DNA of 58,745 bases, filler included, from Sphacelaria rigidula (Eukaryota): NCBI GenBank assembly GCA_964200075.2. It is 9 parts of 9 records of this genome, joined end to end, with 100 filler letters (N's around TTAATTAATTAA, not from the genome) between each part and the next. Parts side by side here need not be neighbours in the genome. Positions count along the whole stretch, not along the records: positions 45,770 to 52,207 come from CAXNAA020020062.1; positions 52,308 to 58,745 come from CAXNAA020020063.1; 7 more parts are not named here. One strand, 5' to 3'. Below, in pieces: positions 50,701-58,745 of the stretch (positions are counted from its first letter, which is position 1; each line of letters begins with the position of its first letter). The notes beneath the pieces were generated by a model. That model searched no databases. It was not told where the DNA came from and saw nothing but the letters and a program-made list of their open reading frames with translations. The position numbers and the translations under genes are program-made.

Positions 50701-51897
50701 GAAGATCTGCAATTTGTCGTTCCACCGCACGCACAGTGGCAGCGTCAAGATATGCGGAAGGGCACGGTTAGTGCTGCGTCCATCGCGCAAAGGTGCGTGA
50801 TTATTAGTCAACGAAGCATCAACGGGTAGTCGTGAACGCACATGGGTCCAATCGACATATTCAGGTCGTGAGGATCCCGTAGTTGATGATAATCCCGATA
50901 ACAGAGCACGTACGCCATGGACATGCGTAGTACTATCACCATGGTGAAGAATGTCGTCACCATCCGATACCCAATCAGAGGGAACGTCTGAGGTCGAACG
51001 TGCGTCATGTGAGTTTGTAGGCGCTGGGACAGAGGCCCGTTGGTTCGTACTACTGTAAAAGTGAACATGATCTGAAGACGCCGAATGTTAAACAGCTGTG
51101 TGAAACGCGGCCGCAAGCGCTCGTGAGAGGGCAGTTGTCGCCGGATCATCAGAAATGACAGCCGGTGATGAACGGAGCAAGTGCTCAAGAGCCGTGACTT
51201 AAGGCAAGTGCCCAGTGGAAGGCTCTTCTGAGCGGCCAAGACGCGAGGAGGATGTTCGGCGCGAGGGCTGGCGAACAGAAGTGTCCTCACGATGCATGTC
51301 GTGTCGTCGCGGGTGTGGTAAGGCATCGGAACCGTTGTGCGTCGTGCCGAGAACGTCGGAAGGCATGGGCGAGTGGCGTTCGTCAACACCGCGAGCGCGA
51401 AGTGAGTCGATAACCGCGGCGGAAGCCTGGAGCGGTTTGCGTTTCACTACAGTGGAAACGCGTGGCGACTCGTCAGACATGTTGGAACTCCGAGACGGTG
51501 TGCGTTTCACAACAGAGCGAGCGCGTAGCGACTCGTCGATCATGTTGGAAGTCTTGGACAGTGGACGGTTCGCGACAGAGCGAGCGCGTAGCGACTCGTC
51601 GATCATGTCGGTAGTCTTGGACGGTGTGCATTTCGCGACAGAGCGAGCGCGTAGCGACTCGTCGATCATGTTGGAAGTCTTGGACAAATGGCGGTCGTGG
51701 TCACCGGTAGAAGCCAAGTCTTGAGACGTGTAGTCGCCAGAGTGGAGCGCCGAAGCTCTGTCGGATTTTACTTCTTCGTGTACGGGGGAAGTAAGAGTGA
51801 ATGGTCTTGGAGGAAATGATGAAAGAAAACGCTGACGGCGTGAAGGTTTGTAAGGAGAAAGGGCCGAGTGGAGAAACATTTTCTTCGATTGCGTCAT
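47709..51897 (-). pseudogene. gag: Reconstructed giant gag (copy B), ~1,400 codons
   Basis: ORFs 51897-51199, 50841-, 50734-48992, 48971-48216 and 48143-47709 join through single in-frame stops and one frameshift near 50750. Confidence 0.65.
51400..51690 (-). repeat. 63-bp coding tandem repeat (21 aa, SKTSNMIDESLRARSVAKCTP-like), 4-5 units
   Basis: cgactcgtc recurs at 51466, 51529, 51592 and 51655. Confidence 0.92.
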
Positions 51898-52307
51898 ACC
51901 ATATTGAAAAGGTAGAAATGGACGCTAAGCACCAGAGTACAATAGGCTGGTGTAACAAAAGCAGGTAACGCAAGCTCGAAATGTAAGTACCAAAACAATT
52001 GAGCAGTAAAGACGACAAACGTTTTCAAGGTGGGTATACAGAAGTAAGGTAGACTGCTGTGATAATAACAGTCAGCGTAATCGCGGCAATTTTTTCAAGT
52101 ACCAAAAGGGCAGACAGCAGAGCAAAATATATCAGCCGACCCTAATTTTTGGGGTTGAAACAAAAAATGAGGTTGAAGTCCCATTTCTCTATTGCAGGGA
52201 AGATACGNNNNNNNNNNNNNNNNNNNNNNNNNNNNNNNNNNNNNNNNNNNNTTAATTAATTAANNNNNNNNNNNNNNNNNNNNNNNNNNNNNNNNNNNNN
52301 NNNNNNN

Positions 52308-53907
52308 ATGGCCATCGATCGGCAAGTTTATCTTTCTATTGTCGTTGGCAATGTTTATCGATAGACCAGTTCCCCACACTCTTGTCTGGGCAACAGTCTG
52401 CTATGGCTCTACACCGAAATCTATTGCCGCCGACCAAATGCATCGATCGACAGCTTTCCAAACCCATTGATGACGGCAATGGCTATCGATAGACCTCGTG
52501 TCAAATCTATTGACGACGATGGCGGCTATTGAAAGATTGTATACCAAATCCATTGATGACGACAATAGCTATTGATATGTTGCGTATAAATCTATGCATG
52601 GCGGCAATGAACATCGATATATACATCTCGGAATCAACTGCGGTATATAATGCCTACCGGCAGATTTTCTCTGCCGTCTATTGCCACACCTACATCGCAA
52701 CATGCTACGTATAGAGCATATTATACTCCGTTCAGCTACGGTAAAGAAGCGGGAGGTGGACATGCAATGGGTATAAAATGATACTACTTGTGAATATATG
52801 ACATCAAGTTTCTGCAATTTCGGAACGCTTGTATTTTGTAGGAATCAGCAACATTTGCAGGCAAAAGTTTACAAGTTTTGTTGCTGGTGTGGTGTTGGTA
52901 CTTATGGTTGTCCCTCTGATGGACGTGAGCGCTTACAGTACTTTTGTGTGGGCGGGATGTGCTTATACCCTGGACAATAGACAACGTAATAGAACATTGG
53001 CGCTGCAATAGCCCCAAAAAAATGATCGTCAATATGTTCATTGTCAGTCGTAATCGACTGGCATCAAAGTCTATCGATAGCTATTGTAGACGACAATAGA
53101 TTCGGGACAAGGGACACGGTGGATCATTGCCGTGACAATGGAGGGGCCCGGATGTCTATCGATACATTTTGTTTGTTGCAATAGGCTCTAAATTGTGGCC
53201 ACCAATGTCTATTTAGGGTCACAATAGGATCTACCACGCGGACACCAATACATTTTGTTGTTCACAATAGGATACCAATTGCGCTTACCAATGTCTATTG
53301 AGGGGGTCACAATAGAATCTGAATCGCGGCCACCAATATCTGTTGCTGACCACAATGGCAGCTGAATGGCGTCGATCATTAGCGCTATGTATGCACATTT
53401 TTCGGTTCATGTGTAAGGGGTATTGCCGTTGGTATCATGAGACCACTGCAGTGAGCAATCTATTTTTCGAAACCTATCGTTGGCGTCACTGGCTGTCGAT
53501 AGGTGCTCCCGAGAGCAATCGATTGTTGACAGCAATGCCCATATTGGGAGATAACAAAAAATGCGTTCTTGGCGGCAGAGGCTACCGATAGACGGCTCAA
53601 CAAATCTATTGATGGCGGTAATAGGTATTGATGTATAACTCACTTAATCTATTCATGACGGCAATGGCTATCGATATATACAACCCAGAATCTATTGCGG
53701 TACACGATGTCCATCGATGGCGAGTGATCTTCATCTATTGTAATCGCCAAAGGCTATCGATCGACTATCGCAACATCTATTGTGCCTTGCAATACATATC
53801 AATAGATGTGTTCCACCATCTATCGTGTTCGATCATATATATCGAAAGACTTTCCCCGTATCTATTGCTGAAGCAATGAACTATTATTGTGTCCATTGTC
53901 CAGAGTG
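52308..53907 (-). mobile_element. Second copy of the ATCGAT-rich element of 29332-31062
   Basis: Ends gtgtccattgtccagagtg, the reverse complement of the 29332 terminus. Collinear blocks throughout. Confidence 0.75.
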
Positions 53908-55086
53908 TGAATTATATACGGAAGACATGAGAGGCAATGCAGCCGTAAACCTTCCTGGGCGTATTTCGTACTGTGCGGAGTAGGTGTGTCAACCAATCCA
54001 AGAGTAGAAGTGAACGTTCTGCTGCAGGTCGGGCTTGGCAATCATCAATGAATCGACGACAAGTGTTCATAGTAGAGCTATTAAATGAAATAAGATTAAG
54101 CGCTGAACAACAATCACCATCGATTACGGTGAGGACGCAAAATGTGGGAATGAAGACTAATCAGTACCCGACAAAAATTCCGAGAGAGGAACCATTTTTA
54201 GTATCAATTCGGAACACTTACTGGGTAACCGGTTGTTCGGCGCGGTCTCTAGTAACCTCCAGAAATCGGCCGCCTCACTCATGTTTTCTAAAACGCCTAA
54301 AATTTCGACCTTTCTGACTCGGATCAACTCGTACCGACATCTCTGTACAGTACATCTTCGCTCCGAGTCCAGTGAACATACTCGCAGCACATGAACCAAT
54401 GTCATTTCTCCAAAGTCCGAGCACGTCCAATAGCCTAATTACTTGGCCTTGGAGCACCCCTCCCCCTTCCCCCCCCCCAGCCGTGAAATTTGGGCCTTGA
54501 GAAAAAAAAAAGGTGTAGGTGCCGAGCCAAAAACATGAGCCACTGCCTGGTTTTTATAACAAAATTTCAAGGGTCGGACGAATAAGGACTGGTCTGAGAA
54601 TTAGTTGATTTCAGCGTATTTGATTCGTATCGTACGAATCGACCCTTTGACTTCATTTTTAGCGTTGCAACCCAGATACGCGCCCCCCATGTATGTAGAA
54701 TAGCGCAAAATTTGCGTGGAGACTTGTTCCCATGTCGGACAGGTCATGAGCTAGCTGCCTCAATATTACTCCCTATTAGTGTACTGGTCCAGATCACGAG
54801 CTAGCTCATTTGGGCCTTTTTCTCATATTTTCTCCCTACAGCACTGGACGCGGAGCATGCAGAGTAGCGCAAAGGTAGTGTTTTGGCTCCTCCGACCCTG
54901 CTGTCAGGTCTTTGCGTTTTAGGACAAGGGAGTCCTCTTCGATTAGTTATACTAGGTAGCTTCTGAGCTGACCATCGTATTGATTTTTTATCCGCCGTCC
55001 AATTTTTCCTTTTTTCGACCAATCGGGCCTCAGAAATCGTACGCTGTGGTGATTCGAACCAGCCATGTCCTACCCTTGCAGAATTC

Positions 55087-55694
55087 CAAGGTTGTGTTCT
55101 GTAGGGTACGGTTTTCTGTATACCCGGGGTATTTTGCCGGGTATTTACCGTACTCGACAGTTCTGTGACTTGTGGAAGACTTTCATACCGGTACCAGTTC
55201 TGTCGTCTCTGTAAGAATTTCATATCCTTACCTGGTAGTTCTGTAATCTCTGTAAGACTCCCGTACCGTTACCGGGGGGCACGGGTACGCTTTTGATAAG
55301 ATACCCAGTTGCAGGTACGGTTTTCTGTACAACCTCCATACCCTACCCGACAGTTTCTGTGAGTTTAGAAAGCCTCCCATACCCTTAGCCGACAGTTCTG
55401 TGAGTTCTGTATGTAATGTTTACCCGTACCCGGAGCGCGGGTATGCTTTTGAAGAAATACCCAATTTCCGGTACCGGTTCTCTGTAAGTCTCGCATACCG
55501 CACCCGACAAGTTCTGTATTCTCTGCAAGAATCTCATCCAGTACCGGTACCTGACAGTTTTGTGAGCTCTGTAAGCCTCCCATACCCCTACCCGGGGTTA
55601 GGGCATACCGTGATAGATATACCCGATTGCAGGTATGAGCACAGGTTTTTACCTTGGGGAGGTACGGATATAGGTTCAATCCAAACACAACCTC
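55087..55694 (+). mobile_element. hAT-like MITE copy
   Basis: caaggttgtgttctgtagggtacgg ... aaacacaacctc. Confidence 0.78.
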
Positions 55695-56293
55695 ATGACC
55701 TGAACATGTACCTCCCATCGCGATCAACCCACCCACCTCCTTCATTCAAAACTGCACACCAACAATAATTCAACATCAGAAAGTTCTTCGGTTTGGGATC
55801 TAACGGGATACGAGGTACCGCTGAGTGGAAACACGAAATATGAGCAGCACCGCAGACCGTCAGGATGCATCAATCCTAGACTCGAGTGGTGGCTCGAGCG
55901 GGGGCGGCTCATCTGCGCCACCGGGGGATCAAGTAGCAAGACGCGCGTCATCGACGTTGATGGTTGTGTCCTTGTCATCAAAACCCAGGCCGTTATCGAC
56001 ATGTACAGCACAGAGTATGAGCTGCCATCGAAAGTCAAGACCGTCGGCGATTTTGTCGCGTGCCGAAGGGCTTCCAAAGAACGGGCAGCCGTGAATGCTC
56101 CTTCATGTACTCTCTGGGAGTGTACGTGAAGTCGATAGATGAAAACGATCCCGTGGACATGTACTATCGCGATTGTTCGTGCAGTCTTTCAATATCAACC
56201 CCGTGAACCAGTTCAGAGTTTTCGTGAACTGTCATCTGTATTTCGCCACTGTTGTGGTGACGTAGGTACCACGACAGGGGGTGATGATGATAC

Positions 56294-56833
56294 CAAGGTC
56301 GTGTTCTGTAGGGTACGGTTTTCTGTATACCCGGGGTGCTCTGTCGGGTATTTACCGTACCCAACAGTTCTGTAAAGTGCGTAAGACTTTCATACCGGTA
56401 CCCGACAGTTCTGTAATCTCTGTTAGACCTTCACACTCATACCCGGTAGTTCTGCGAGTTCTGTGAGTCTTCCGTACCGTTACCGGGGGGCACGGGTATG
56501 CTCTTGATAAGATACCCGGTTACGGATACGGTTTTCTGCGCAACCTCCATACCCTACCCGACAGTTTCTGTGAGTTATATAAGCCTGACATACCCTTACC
56601 CGACAGTTCTGTGAGTTCTGTGCAAAAACTTTACCCTAGCCCGAGGGGCGGGTATGCCCTAAAAGAGTTACCCGATTGCCGGCACCGGTTTTCTGTAAGC
56701 CTCTCATACGTACCTGACAAGTTCTGTAATTTCTGTTGTAAGACTTTCATACCAGTATTCGACAGTTCTGTAAGTTCTGTAAGGAATCTCATACCCTACA
56801 TAACGTACCCGAACCTTACGGAACACACCCGTG
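56294..56833 (+). mobile_element. hAT-like MITE copy
   Basis: caaggtcgtgttctgtagggtacgg ... ccttacggaacacacccgtg. Confidence 0.78.
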
Positions 56834-58166
56834 ACAAATTCGGTCAGCTTTTTCGGCCGCGAAACGCTCGCCTAAACTGGACTTATTTTCTTGTTTTTTC
56901 AGAGAAGTCTAACCCCCGGAAAGGGCAACACGAAACGCGTGGCATCTGTCTCGGATTAACCCTTGCGGCACCAGCGATGGAGAAGTGTGGATTTCGAGGT
57001 GTTGTTTTTTGAACGACATATGATGAAGTTTTTACAGTCTGTACTGTCAGCACTGTTTGCATGCACTTTTTCAGGCACAACGCCGATACATGGGGATAAA
57101 CTTTTGTAGTGAAATGTTAAATTCAACCAATCAGGGGCCCTCCAGTGGGGAGTCGGCGGAATCGAGCGCCAATGAAATGCGACCTTCATAGTGAATTATG
57201 TAGTGAAAACTGTTTGTGATTGGCTCGCAGGCTCAAGTCACACCTGTAGTGTACGCCGAGATGGNNNNNNNNNNGGATAGAACAGCAGCAGAGAAACTGA
57301 GCTGCGAGCAGACAAGCAGACAGCGAGTGGTACATCGTCGCCGCAGTGGGTCATTGCGATGCTCGTGTATCAGTATATCCCCATCTTAGTATGGGTGACT
57401 GTGTTTTCCTGTGGCCGCGACCGCTGGCGCCGATGCCAACGGCAGCAGCCGTCGTGCTGACGGGTGCAAGCAGTACCCTGGCGATGCAGTATATCCGCAC
57501 TGTGCTGTACGTTGTTCCTTTCATTGAGCATGGGGTCTGGCCCAGCCGGTCGAGCGGTGTATACTGGTGCTGGTTGCGGGCCTTTACCCAGCCATGCTCG
57601 GTATCGCGCAAGTGATGGGTGCGGGTAGCATCAAATTTTCAATAGTCAAGTGTGTAGACAGCACTGCGTCCCGACTGATACTAATGTTACAGAGATACGA
57701 ACACAGCAATACAGCACATCAAGCAATCTCAGCTAGGAACAAACCGTCTCCGCAAGGTCTCAACACACCACATAACAGTGACAGCTACAGCACATGAGAG
57801 CGGAAGTGAGTGTGTTTGTGCTGCAGTACAGTTAAACAAGACATGTCCCATGTTTCAGTCCTTTGGCTGATTCTAAACGGGTCCTCAGTGTTTGCAGGGT
57901 GCCGATCTTGAACACTCGGATGTAATCGCGCTTCGCGCGAATAATTTAATTTACTACAAAGCTATGCCCATGTATAGGTCCTGTGCCTTTTTTCAGACAA
58001 AAATGACGTAACTTTGAACCCGGCAGGACCCAGGACGTTTCCACAGTACGTTGTGTCTTGTTAGACTCGGGAGAATTACTTCATATAGTATGAGGCAGAC
58101 CTTGCAATTTTATGCCCTCGGCTGATGTGATCGGTTCAGCACCGTCGGGAAATTTAATTTATTTAA

Positions 58167-58263
58167 CCCTTAGACCGCGAGATTAGTCTTTCTGGATCAT
58201 GCATACTTTTCTTCACTTGAAATTGATGCCGATTCAACGAAGACTAACCTCGCGATCCAAGGG
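58167..58263. mobile_element. 97-bp piggyBac-like MITE with TTAA TSD
   Basis: TTAA|cccttagaccgcgagattagtctt ... aagactaacctcgcgatccaaggg|TTAA. Confidence 0.82.
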
Positions 58264-58745
58264 TTAATGTTTCCCTTGGCCCTTGGCCCATGTGATCGGT
58301 TCAGGACCACCGGGAAACAATTTGAAAAAAACACCGTCAACACTACTTCATGTAGCGCTGAAACGCCCTGCAGTCCAGAAGGGTCACGTGGTCCTATTTG
58401 GTAAAGGCCTGTAAAAAAAATCTGTACTCGCAGACTTCTCGCTGATGCTCATGCGTCGTGTGCATTCCTAGTTGGTCTCGAGAAAATTGTGAAAACCTCG
58501 AAAACAATATTGTTCCGAGATTCGTCATCACATGTTTTGAACCCTCAGCCCACACATTGCACATGTTGGACTCTCCGCGTCGCGAATCCCTCTACGAAAT
58601 TCCTCACGCGACACAATTCTCAACGTGGGAGGTGCCGCGTCACCAAACATCAAAACAAACAGCGCTTGGAATTATAGTAGTCAGCGTCAGAAGTTTTCAG
58701 AATTCGTAGTTGTCCTTTTTTCTGAGTTTTTCTGGAGTACCGTTT

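Larger units (their letters stand above)
45770..51897 (-). mobile_element. Ty3/gypsy-like LTR retrotransposon, gag-linker-protease portion (copy B, decayed)
   Basis: CINCNGTGHSMRDC knuckle; LLDSSSPQTFI and HALLLGRD protease motifs. Collinear with copy A. Premature stops at 51199, ~51090, 48992, 48216 and 46834, plus frameshifts. Confidence 0.87.

Noticed and set aside
6440..52307. Regular ~6.54-kb periodicity of TTAATTAATTAA sites
   Set aside because: These are assembly linkers between length-sorted contigs. No linkage or gene-neighbourhood inference across them is valid.
29332..53907. Apparent giant element with 1.6-kb terminal inverted repeats
   Set aside because: These are two dispersed copies on unrelated contigs.

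Overview
This window is not one locus. It is nine unrelated contigs of 6438-6439 bp (1-6439, 6540-12978, 13079-19517, 19618-26055, 26156-32593, 32694-39131, 39232-45669, 45770-52207, 52308-58745), joined by artificial N44-TTAATTAATTAA-N44 linkers. The DNA is eukaryotic and repeat-rich. Spliceosomal introns, an ASAFAP-type plastid presequence and the repeat families suggest a photosynthetic stramenopile, probably a brown alga (inference). Host genes appear only as isolated exons: the last exon of WDR12/YTM1, a head-to-head pair of plastid-like and mitochondrion-like first exons, a 1.7-kb low-complexity exon, two short-intron orphan genes and some pseudogene remnants. The rest is transposable elements: a 5'-truncated LINE, tRNA-derived SINEs, and Harbinger-, hAT- and piggyBac-like MITEs and foldbacks. 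There are also two diverged, decayed copies of a Ty3/gypsy-like LTR retrotransposon (gag-CCHC, linker, retropepsin). The best candidate for an undescribed mechanism is in those two copies. Both keep the same in-frame UGA-C stop right after gag, each followed by a GC-rich stem-loop and a conserved open frame leading to the protease, which suggests programmed stop-codon readthrough. One copy also has a reconstructable ~1,400-codon Gag with a 21-aa repeat. A second candidate is a set of LINE 3' ends that carry C-tracts rather than poly(A).
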